This document shows, one piece after another, positions 1 through 11,912 of a stretch of DNA of 64,000 nt; positions within the stretch are counted from its first letter, which is position 1, and every line of letters begins with the position of its first letter. Both the position numbers and the translations under genes were made by a program. Source of the stretch: Tubiluchus corallicola (Eukaryota; Animalia; Priapulida); contig JAQGDQ010000053.1 in the NCBI GenBank assembly GCA_030141605.1, positions 62,001 to 126,000 of the forward strand, given 5' to 3'. A model generated the notes under the pieces. The model did no database searches and had not been told where the DNA came from. It saw nothing but the letters and a program-made list of their open reading frames with translations.

Positions 1-239
1 AATTTTGATAACACTCATAAATTTCAATTCGGAGAGAGTCTCAGCATTGCTATTAGAAAGTAGTTATTCTTATTTGTATAGTTTTGAAACAAAACCACAG
101 ACATCCAATGAATAATGAAATTTCAAAATTCAGTTTCTTGGGTGCCATTTCAATTGTCACATCTGACAAAATGACTTGCGTTTGATTACAGAAACCTTTA
201 AAAATAAGTAAGTGTTTCAAATTTAAAGCAACCAGTATT

Positions 240-365
240 TTTGGAACATCTACTTTTTCTCATCTAGTTCTGTTTACATCTACTTTTGCATCATCTACAT
301 GTATTACAATCTACTTTTTTCAGCATCTACAAAAATCTACATCTACTTTGTGTAGCATCTATGTT
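240..365. repeat. Cluster of CATCTAC motifs (probable MITE subterminal region)
   Basis: About eight ATCTA(C/G/T) motifs in ~125 bp. Confidence 0.5.
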
Positions 366-1356
366 GAAAAATGAAATTAAAATCTTCCTTGTAAGTCACG
401 CTTGCCAATATTAAGGTCATGTTAGTCATATAAACAAAAGTAGGCTGCTCATTGCTATGGTTTAAGTGGCCGTTTCTTGCTATGATTAATTACAATTGTT
501 TGTTAAATATACTTGTTGTTGTTCTTAAAGATAGCTACATTGGGTTTTTTATTTTTGTAAAAAGAATATCAAATAATAGTTAGCAAATTAACATTTGTCA
601 TAATTATCTTTTTAGGAAAAATATTTTAATTGTTTTAACACTACTAATGCCTATTTAGGCCTAATACTCTTTTACTTATTGAGTAATTGACGTCTAACAT
701 AATGTCAATCATTTTCATTGACTGCTCAATCAGCGTACAAGTTATTTCTCATACCCCTGCGCTGGTATGCTCGGGATATTTAGCTACAGCTGCGTCTAAT
801 GCTGTTATGAAAAATGCTCAACTTTTCATAATTAGTGGGAGAAATATTGGCCTTGTTCTAGATTTTATTATTGTCAATTGAAATTGCAAGTGAATTAGTG
901 GAAAAATACAAGCTAGTTTTGTTTATAGGAAGAAATACACAATGCTTACGTCTATGAGTTGCTGATTAAACTATTTTGCAATCAAGAAAATACACAGTTT
1001 AGTTTAGTTTATAGCTTTGCAAGTTAGATAAAAACTACTATTTGATTAACTTGAAATAAGGACAAAACAAAATGTTTTCTTTTCTGGCCAGTTTTTATAA
1101 ACCTCAATGAGATCTTCACAGTCAAAATTAATTCAAATGTAGTCAAAACTTATATTATACATCAATGTAATATTAGTTAATTTTAAGCTATAGGTTATAA
1201 TCATGGTTAAAAGATGCCATTGGGACTTATGTAACTCGGGCATTCAATATAAAGGTCGTCTATGGAATGGAACAATCAAATTTATTCCATTTCTGTAGCC
1301 TGACAAACGGAAAAATACAAAAACTGAATAAATCTTGCAGACGAGCACATGATGAG

Positions 1357-1357
<1 letters not shown>

Positions 1358-1404
<47 letters not shown>
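1358..1404. repeat. (TA)n microsatellite
   Basis: Direct reading. Confidence 0.97.
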
Positions 1405-1408
<4 letters not shown>

Positions 1409-1708
1409 AGAAAAATACATCGCAGGCATGATGTCCGCATGTTCAAATGCAAGAAAGACTCAATATTTTTGTTGCTCATTTATTGTAAAGCAAGGCTAAC
1501 TGCCTTAGTTCTTTATTATACTTATGTCTCTGAATTTCGTAGCAATTTGAAACTTCGTCTCTACATTCTGTTTAAATTGAAAAGTCATTTTTTGGCTACT
1601 TAAAGTGTTAATTCCGTGTAAAAATAGCTGTTGCTCTGCAAATTCGTGTTTATGAAAAAGTGCAATCAGTTTAATTGCTGATTAGACATTAGTTGTGACT
1701 GTCAAGAT

Positions 1709-1734
1709 GTTTAGTTTAGTTTAGTTTAGTTTAG
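1709..1734. repeat. (GTTTA)n pentanucleotide repeat
   Basis: Five GTTTA units. Confidence 0.9.
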
Positions 1735-2105
1735 CTTAGACAGTTGTTGTCCTGCATGGGCTGTTGTCCCGAATGCTGCTGAGCATGCTTGCGTTACGGT
1801 GGGGGCGGAGCGACAGACTAATATGTTTGATGTCAATTGGCTTAACAAATGCCTAGCAAGCAGAATCATAAAGGCTGGATGTCAGTACATGGTTTGGTGA
1901 TTTTTCCTTTAAAATTATTGCATTAGCATTTATTAAAGAAAAGCTTGTTTTTAGAGTCTTATTTTTTAACTATTACATCCTGCTTGTGAACTTTTTGCAA
2001 TGTCTGGCTCCCGGACAATGACACATTTCCGCTAGTGTGTCATACCATCTTACAGTTGGTGGTGTCAGTAGACAATAATGTAATTTTAATCATTATAAAA
2101 TTCGT

Positions 2106-3763
2106 TCATTTTGTTCCTGTAATATTACAAATGCCTAAAATTTTGTTGGTCCCATTCATGTACTGAACAACAATCGTTCTTGAATTTCATTCGTGTGCAA
2201 GTATCATGTAACAAACACTGGCAATAACCTTGCAAAACTTACGTTTGACACATTCTCCTATGTGGTCTACAGTTAAGTTACCATAACCGGGAAATGATGC
2301 TGTGCATTGGAGATCACAAAGGTTACCATAAGTGTACCCGTCACTACCACATATTGGATCAAATTCATCTGGACAATCACATGGATCTGGTCCTTCTACA
2401 AAAAATATGGTGTGATTCCAACTGCTAATTAAGTACAATGAATAAATGCAGGTATCTCAATCTATATCTAATTAAATAAAAAAGTTAGATTATAGTTTAT
2501 ATAGTAAGTCTGGACAATTATCATAACACTTGGAAGTAATAATTAATCATAATTCTTATGGGCAGTAGGAATGTAAAATTAACACCTGTAGAATTAAAAA
2601 ATAATACACTGTTTACCTGGATGTGTGTCATCACATTCACCTTCATGGGCAACTAAGAGGTTTGTGTTGTCTGAAAATTAAAATAAAACTATAAGATAAA
2701 ACAGACTATTTGCCTTATAGACAATACAAATAGGACAGATACTTAGCTATTTTTAAGCTTAACTGCCTAGCTGTATGAATGAAAAAAAACAGATGGTATA
2801 AATTGCAGACCTTCACTTATTATAAATAACATCTGTTGGTGACAATCTACTGCACACACCTAGGTCAGATATACGTTCATAAATCAGGAAATATGTGTAT
2901 AATGAAAAGGTTGTAAATCATGTAAGTTTGCTACTATTAATAGAACTAGGCAAGGTAGCATGCTGTCGGGTATCCTGTTCACAATTTATGATCTTTAATC
3001 GAGCTTCAAAAATTTAAGTATGTTAAATGTATTTACTGGGGCACTAGATTACGCTGAGGATGCAGCAATTCTCTCTCCATATCTGTCTTTCTGTATAACT
3101 GAAGTTAATAAATTCTAATTGAGTTTGACACACTATAATAAATAACTGGAAAATGGTACAAAACGTAATGGGACAGGTGACCATCACTGTTCAAAGTTCC
3201 CAAGTTTATGAAAGAAAGGAAACCTTGATCTACAAACACAGAAAAATTGCCAGTGTGCTGCACAGACAGAGAACATAACATGTTACCAAGTCTAGCACAT
3301 TCGAGCTTGCACGGGTTTTTGTAAGTGACACCATCTGATCCACACAGAGGATGATTATCATTGTCTTCATCATTATCGCAGTCACAACCTAGAAGAATAT
3401 GGCTCGCTCCAGTTAGAGATATAAGACTGATAAATAAATTACCAGTTCAAACTTGCAACAAAAACCAGGAAAGAAAAGAATTATATAAACTTATTATGGA
3501 AAAATAATTATTTAAAAAAATCTAAGGACAAACTGACTAACAGCAAAGAAAAACAACTAAACCAAATAACAAAATGTTGTGTAATCTGCTCACCATCAGC
3601 ATCTGGACTGACACATTCTCCATAATAATCTACTGTAACATTTTCCTTGTCTGAAATTTTTAATGAAAGAATATCAAATGTTATACTAAAATGCATTACT
3701 AAAAGTAGGCATTTTGGCATTTTAATTCTTCTTGGTAACTCTATACAGCCTTTTGCGTATTAC

Positions 3764-3809
<46 letters not shown>

Positions 3810-6800
3810 CCAATGATACTTGCACTAAAAATTATATTTAAAAATAAATCTTCCAATGAAGCCTTAACAATTTTAATAAGATCAATAACAATACTGAACA
3901 AGTGGTTCATCGTGTAGATTGATGTACACTTTAAACTTACATGACTTTTGAAGACTAGATGATCATTAAGCCATTGAACTTGCTTCCTTCCCCATTATGA
4001 AGCTATTCACAAAAATCCAAAAAATCATCTCCACTGCAAGTCTACTTCCAAGAGTAGATTAGCTCGGAAAGTAAGCTTGCACTAGTTTGTGTACAAAGGA
4101 CTAAGCTCACATCTCCTAATAATGCCATTTCACTAAACCGTTTGCAAAAAATCCCAGCCACCTCACTCTACATTAATGGCACAATGGCAGAAATTAGACT
4201 TGTCAATTCTGTCCCGCAAATGACAAAGTTTCAAGTTTGAAAGAAATACAAACCCATTCATTCCCCAAAACCATTTCCAAAAGGAATTTACTGGGTAGCT
4301 CAACTAGCCTGGTTTCAAGTCTTTCTGGCATGCTGTATGAAAATTCCACTCTCCCCGACCCCAGTTTTTGCCTCATGCAGGTTGCTATGAAAGTTGCACT
4401 TAGACTAGTTCTTACCAAACCTCAACTAATCAAATTTCAAGTCTCTGCATTCCATCATTTGGCTGCAATTATTTATGTTCACAAATTAACCATTTACAAA
4501 TTTAAAAAAATCAGTGTCATAGTCTTTTGTAACTGTTGATGCTAGGCACCAGCTACCAGTTATGTTGACACCAAACATGAAAGACAGAATATGTAAAAAT
4601 GTTACGACACATTCTACTTACCTTGGACTACTCGATCACTGTACGTCAAGGAGTCTAAATTTCATCAGTAAATGCTGGTATAACGAACTGGGCATTAGGA
4701 ATGTTAGATCACTCACACTTAATTTGTTAATTATATTTTTGATTCATTTTGAGCCTGGAGTTTCCATGACCATAATTAATTAATTATTATAATCTTAATG
4801 TCAAGATTATAATTAATGATGAAACAAACCCATAGTAGATTGGAGTTCCGTTCCATCATTAATAATGAACTTGACATCAAGATTATAATAATTAGGTAAC
4901 TTACAAGTCTATTTCAGAAAATGAATAAGCTAATTATTTCACATTAAACTGTTTACCTGGCTTCTGAATTTCACACTGAAATTCACACATATTAGGATAG
5001 GTTACTCTGTCTGTGCCACACACTGGATCGGTATATTTTTGACAACCACATGGAGTCAAATCATCAGGATCTGTCTCCTTATCCCCATCACATGCACCCA
5101 CATGAGCCAAACTCCAGTTACCATCTGAATTACATTAAAATAGAAGGACTTCTAAATTGGATAACACAATTTGCTCTAGGGCAAGGAAATGGAAATAAAG
5201 TAATAGTGAGACTTGAATGGATGATGGTGTGTCAAACATTTCATTTCTTTGCATATAACAAAGTGCATTTGAAGAAAAAAGCTCCCACAGTTCTGCAACT
5301 GAATATGCCTTACCATGTGAAATTAATATTGTGCAAGATATTTTTCTATAAGAACTCATTAAAATATTTTTGAATCACATTAATATTGTTTAAATTATAA
5401 AAACTTACTTTGATAATAAGCAAAGCATTCTAGTTCACAAATATTACTGTAAGTGACACCATCATCTCCACAAACTTCCTGGAATTCAAAATCGCAGTAA
5501 AGACAGTTCTCTCTTATATCCTCATCTGTAACAGAATATGCTAGAGTTAGTGGTGGAATCTTTCAAATACTTTCTTAGACATAATTATTTAGACTACAAT
5601 ATATCAAGTGCTTAACTAACGCAATTTGCAAAACAACAATAATTGCAAATATTAAAAAATAAAGCTCTCCCACCTATGTCACATGGTCCTATAATTTCAA
5701 GGCTTGCCACACCTAAAAAGTACAAACAAACAAACTGAACAAAATTTGTCAAACATATAAACAAACAGAATTATGAACACTCACTTTGATGTCCTTTTGC
5801 ACCTCAATCATAACAGGTGCTTAGCAACATAAGTTAAGCAATGTCTCGTCCGGTGGTATCAGTATGGTTTCTGAATGGCTCCATCTACCACACTGCCCCA
5901 GCTATTTATTCCACCACAATATCATAAGACAGATTATAGAGTCGAAAACAGCTAAGATCCGCATTTACTGCCAGTTTGGCCAGTTTAATGTACAAATGGT
6001 TATGATAGGCCCAGAACCTATCGTATTATCAAGGACAACCGAGATCGTGCATTAATAGATGAGATGCTTGCTTACTTTTCACCAGTCTAATATTAGAATT
6101 TGTCTGCCAAGTGGCTAGAGCTGTAATGGCATTTGGCAATGACACTTAATGTCACGTTTCAACTAGAAAACAATGAATTCTTCAATCTCTGTGTTATGTA
6201 AAAAACATTTTACACAGTTTTGTATTCTGCATAAAATAACTTTCAAAAGTTAAATTAGTACATAATCTGCATACTATTTATCTGAATTGCATTAATAAAT
6301 ATTATGTTGCAATATATACCAGATTTTATACGAGATATACACACTGTCATAAAAAAATGGATAAACTACGAACAGCGCCTAATTTGTGCTGATGTTTACA
6401 AGACTTGATGATCAGTGTCCAAAAATAACAAATAACACACCACTGACTCAGAACGACATCACCTACTCAATGCCATAAAAGTATAGATACACGTAGCAGT
6501 ACGTATTGACAAACATCATTCCGAGAATGTATATACACATGCAGTAGATTAATGATGATCATTACTAAAATTTCGTAAAAAAATATCTAACCATTAAAAA
6601 ACGTGTAAAATTCAAATAATTATTTTCACATGTATTCAGATTTTAGTATATAAGGAGGTCAGTAAGGAACTGTCAGTAAGGACAAACATCCTGATAACCT
6701 GCACACTGAGATAATGCAGCTTACTCTAAGGAAGTAGGATAGGAGTGAAAAAGGAAGCATACATACAGACCTTTAATTGCAAGGTCCTTATCCTATGAAT

Positions 6801-9489
6801 GAGAAAGTATCCTATAGAGTGTGGATAGTAAATAGGGATGGTGACTGCCAAGAAAACTGTTTCTGAGCAACTTCATCAATCATATTGTGCCAGAATAGTA
6901 TTTCTCTCACTAAAATCTATAGATACATTTTAAAATGGCTAAAACACATTTGTTGGTATACTGCCTCATCTCAGAGTATTATCCTTGACAGTCTCCAAGG
7001 CTCAATCATTAGCATCACTCAGTACTACTCAATATCGACTTGTACTGTGCCAAAATACGTAAAAAATGTTAAAAATGATTTCAAAGAGACTAAAAATAGC
7101 TACGGAATGTGTGACTAATGATATAGTGCAGTTTAATTGTCTTTTTGCATATAGTACTTTATTCAGAATGTTATAGGATAGAGACCACACACGAACTTTT
7201 GCTAAAAAGGGACAACAAACATTCTTCACAGTTACAAGAACAAAAACCGACTGAGACATTTGCACTCAAATTGCAAAAAGTTAAAGCTTGCATTTCCTAT
7301 CTGCCATTATTTGTGAATTAGGTACATTTTTGTTTGATAGCTAGAGAAAGACAAATAGCCTGTTCGTACAGTTATAAAAACTGAAATCATACCTAGAACT
7401 TCAGTCTAGGGTTTAGAACAGCTCATTTAGGCCTTTAGTCTAGACTAAAAAACAGTTAGTCCAGACTGAGACTAGATCAGGCTAAATCAGGTGTAAGTTC
7501 ATTTTAATGCTGAAAAGACTATGCATTATTATACAATACAGATGATTTGTTCATGTCAAATTATTTAAACTATGACTTACAAATGACCAAAGCAAGTTAA
7601 TTAACTAGATAAACCACACACCTGTACAAGAGCAACACTGCATTGCCGGAAATACAGCATAACCGAAAAAGTTTCTCACCTCGATTTCTGTCAACAGCAC
7701 AATTTAATAAACAAATGTTGTCAAATGTTTCACCATTGTTTGCACAAACTGGAGAATACTTCTCCTCGCAGTCATCCTTGCATTTGCCACCATCATCATC
7801 ATTGTCATCGTCGTCATCATCGTCGTCGTCTTGACAGTAAACAGTAGCTAAAATAATGAAGTACTTTTGAATGAAGTTAAGAGTAAAACAGTAACTTCAT
7901 TAAAAACAGTATAGAGTAAAGACAACAGTACACAAAACTTTAGACTGAAAAATACAAATATTCCACAAAATCTAAATTTTATAATTGGTAATGTCAACAG
8001 CGAAATAGTAAAAGAAATAAAATTTTTGGAGATAATTTTACAAGAGCATCTAAACTGGACTTCTCATATTAAATACATTGGCAAAAAAATATCAAAAAGT
8101 CTAGGAATCATTACTTATATCTGACAGTATCTTGCAAAATCACACATAATTACTTTGTATAATAGCTTAATTCTTCCTTATCTTAATTACTGTTCCATTC
8201 TTTGGGGAAAAACATATTTCAAAATTATCTAATCTAAAAGTAGCCCAAAGAAAATTTTTGCATATTCTTTATAAACAAAATAGAAGGGCACATTTAGATA
8301 ACACTCATTTTACAGAATGTAAAATATTATTAGTTGATGATTTAGTTAATTATAACCTAGGTATATCTGCATATATATTTGTGCATAAAACAGTTAAAAA
8401 ACTACATCCAATCTTTTTTAATAATCCAGTTCAATTAAATGTTAAATTTCATAGTACTAGGTCAAATGAATTTAACATTCACGGGGCCTTTACCATGGAA
8501 TAAACTTTGCATAGAAATAAAAAGTGCTAAATCAGAACATATATTCAAAGGCAAATTTAAGAAATCAAGCTTGAGTCCTATGGCCCTAATTAGTCAATTT
8601 CTGTAATTGAAAATAACACACCTTTATATCTCTTTATAAAGTTCAATATTTTAACACAATCTTCGTAACACTGCAAACATGGCTAACTTGGTTTGTATCA
8701 TTGAACCTGGCGCATTATCACCATTAGCATCAATTCATTAACATTGTCATCACCATCACCATTGTCATCAGCATTAATATCACCATCATTCTCATCATTA
8801 TAATCATCATCAACATCGTCATTATCGTTTTCTTGCATCTGTTTGCTTCACTTCATTTAATGTTTTTTTTTTTGTTGTTGTTTATGTCATTAATTTAGTC
8901 TTATCCATGTTGAGCATAGCTCATTAATTAATTTCTTCTGCTGCACTCATAGCACTATAATGCACTGTTTATTTGTAATTCTATAACTTTTATTTTTGTA
9001 TTGTGCTAACTGGGTGAATAAATACATCTAAAAAATCTAAACCTTTAATGACGTAGTTTTTGAGTTTAGTTTGCTGGGATATAATGTACTGTATTTCTAT
9101 CAACTTGATCAAAATCAACAAGGCAAAAAGAGCAAGAACAACAAGAATTTAGCAAGATCCATGATTTACTCAAACTGAAGTAAAGAAAAAACTTTCCAGT
9201 TTCTATGAACTATCCGTAAGAGAGGTCTTTCCTTAAATGGAAATACACGTGTACTTTCAAAAACTGTTAAATGAATAAACTATTGTAAATTATTTTAAAA
9301 GCTGTTTCACAAATCTGACAAGTATTGCAAGGCTACATTTAAAATAATAAACTACTGCGAAAAACTATACACAAATTGCTACTAAGAGGAAATGATCGAT
9401 TTTTTCAATTATCAAGAATAAAGCTGAAAACTCTTACCAGTTATTAATAACAACAGCATAAATCGTACCAAAACTGATGAACGACCCAT
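2106..9489 (-). CDS. Secreted acidic multi-domain (5x) Kazal-type serine protease inhibitor-like protein, 10 coding exons, ~306 aa
   Basis: Exons 9489-9438, 7847-7680, 5712-5674, 5525-5409, 5124-4957, 3650-3594, 3388-3287, 2670-2617, 2395-2243 and probable last exon 2116-2106 (RTK*); all introns GT-AG, phase 1. Signal peptide MGRSSVLVRFMLLLLITATVYC, then QDDDDDDDDDNDDD, then five six-Cys Kazal units, e.g. CDCPDEFDPICGSDGYTYGNLCDLQC...HIGEC and CGCQKYTDPVCGTDRVTYPNMCEFQC...YYGEC. The terminal exon is the least certain. Confidence 0.88.
3769..3806. repeat. (TA)n microsatellite
   Basis: Direct reading. Confidence 0.97.
4150..4720 (-). mobile_element. Decayed LINE ORF2 C-terminal fragment
   Basis: Minus-strand RTS..(L)HSNLHE..and FLLE-like remnants resemble the Cys/His C-terminus of L2/CR1-group ORF2; multiple frameshifts. 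Confidence 0.35.
4781..4892. repeat. ~110-bp imperfect palindrome (hairpin MITE)
   Basis: TAATTATTATAATCTTAATGTCAAGATTATAATTAATGATGAAAC and its inverse GTTCCATCATTAATAATGAACTTGACATCAAGATTATAATAATTA. Confidence 0.8.
7940..9030 (+). mobile_element. Degenerate L2-like LINE RT 3' fragment, antisense within intron 1 of the Kazal gene
   Basis: VKEIKFLEIILQEHLNWTSHIKYIGKKISKSLGII...LYNSLILPYLNYCSILWG (7.98-8.22 kb); T-rich 3' region ending in AATAAA at ~9017. Confidence 0.8.
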
Positions 9490-11912
9490 CTTGCACAGGA
9501 AGCAAAACTGATAACCTTGTACCAGGTGAATTCAATACGTATGATAAGCTTCTCGTAGGCTGGTCCATGACAACAGGAAACTCTTATGAAACTCTTAATC
9601 CTACGACAAACAAACCCTGTAAATCAATATAGGAAAATCAATGTACCAAATGAATGTTGAAATGGTGAAAGAAATCTGATCGCAAACATAAGAAATATGA
9701 TCCCAATTAAATCTTGAAAAGCTTCAGGTAAAATGTGCACCATGTAATTCTGAATTCTACACATGAAAACAAAAGCCATTCAAACAATTGTTAAACACCT
9801 AAGCAACAAGTGAACCCAGTTGCTTTTACTGTATTAGAGAGTAGTCACAGTCTTTGGCTATGTGAGTCACACAGCATCGAAGCTCGTTGGCAAACAGATG
9901 AATAATTATATAGGAAAAATTGCTTCTAAATGGTTCCATCCGCAATTGTGCCTTAGGCCATTTCTCTATTTCATTTGGAATATATACATGTAAAAATGGG
10001 TTAGATTACTGCCTATAAACTAAGAAGATGATGCTGTATAAGTAACAAGGTTTCAGTGCTGCCAGAGCAATTAAACATTAGCAGTAGGCTGGCTAATATA
10101 TGCTCGATTCTCACTTGCAGTGTGTAGTGTGCACAAGTGCAAAATAGCACAAAGCAAACATGAAATTTACCTTCACTAAGCGACAACTGTGATAATTGCT
10201 GCAAGTACTAATCAATATTACATTCACTATTACTTACCCATTTAATATCTACAAGATATTTCCCATAGGAAATTTATGTCAGGTATTGCATTTATGTCAA
10301 TTATTTCATTTAAACATCAATAAACAAACTATTTAAAAGGTTGTCAAATGTCAACATTATAGCTTGACAAATATTACAAAAAACACCATTCTAACCAATT
10401 ACAAACCATAAGCAATGAAAAGCAAAAAATTTTCTAAATTAGAAAATGACAATTCATATTATTATTTTCAAATTTACAAGCAAAAATGCATACACAATGC
10501 AGAAATTCACGCTAACAATCAATATAGAAAACAAGCATATCCAGTTGTTTAACATGCACTGGATCACCATCAGAAATCTGAACAAAAGAGTAACACATCA
10601 ATGTAGGGCAAAATATCAACTCAAAAACATAAATTACTGTTGTCTAATAATACTGTACAAAATATTTACAAAACGTCAAAAATACTGACAGAAAAGTTGA
10701 CTCACAAATTGACAAAAGACTATTATAGTTAAATAATTTGTACATCTACAAGCAAATTCATTATAATTTATCCATATGTTGGAAAAACAAAAAAAATGAT
10801 TCATCAGTGAATTTATGCACTGTTCTCAAACTTACCATTTTTATTTGTAAATTTCAACACTTACTTATCAAATAAACTAAAAAAAGAGAACGAAAACTAA
10901 AAAAAAGAGAATGAGACTAATACAGTAAAAAGTTACGAATAAACAATTTATCAGGTCAGAAACATTTCAATTTCATCACTGAACATGTTCTTAATTTTTT
11001 AGACATATAAGGAATTACTTTATATTATACAGAGTTCAGATTACAAGTGTTGAAAGCTAAATCTGAAAACTATAAAAAATATGGCTACCTATAATGAGTA
11101 AGGTTAGTGACAGGGAAATATCTAGTTCTGACAGATAGTTTACATGTTGTCACTTGTTATTACGATTGCCATACATTCAACTTATTTGATTCCCAGTTGA
11201 ACACATATTATTTTATAAGTGCAAAAGTAAATAAAACTAAGTTTATGTTTATCTTTTTCTTCAACTTTTTTGACATTACTACTAGAATGACACACAACTG
11301 ACATAGAACATTTATTTTCTCCAATTAGTGGGTGCAAACAATACAATCAAAGTTCTCATGAAACAGTTATGTGAATGACAAACTTATACAATCAGTAATA
11401 TGCTATACAAAAATTTACAAGAAATTCTTACTATTTCAACAGTGACACTTTGCATTAATCAGTGAATGTAATTTTAGAATTTATGTACCATAAAAATTTA
11501 ATTACAATGCTTTAAGCCAAACAGAGAAGGCTTTGCGAAAAGGAAGAAAAATTTAGCCAGAAGAGCAAAAAATTACCCTAATTTCATATTAATAAAATAT
11601 GCATGTATCAAAATTATAAACTAAAGCATTACGGAGCTCCACTTTTGCATCCACTGCTACATTCTGCACATGTCCTGAGGTGGCTTTTGCCAAAATTCTT
11701 TAAAAGCTTAAAAGACAGCTAAACCCTTGTTACTAAAGAGTTAAATATTTGCAGCCTAATTAGCAAATTTTGGCTGTAAAACTGATAATATCTTATTGTG
11801 TATGTTTAGAAACGTAAAACACGCAGAATACCAGCAAAACTAAACATTGCTTGGATTACTATAAGCAAAAAACTTTTTGTTTCGCCTAAAAATTCCCTAG
11901 TAGAAGGCATCA

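Noticed and set aside
1244-1603. ORFs with IYIYIY runs (also 3647-3917)
   Set aside because: Translations of (TA)n microsatellites.
7623-7679. Extension of Kazal exon 2 to a later donor
   Set aside because: Donor gtgaga at 7679 plus exon 5712-5674 completes the domain in phase with the sixth Cys; the later donor is out of phase.
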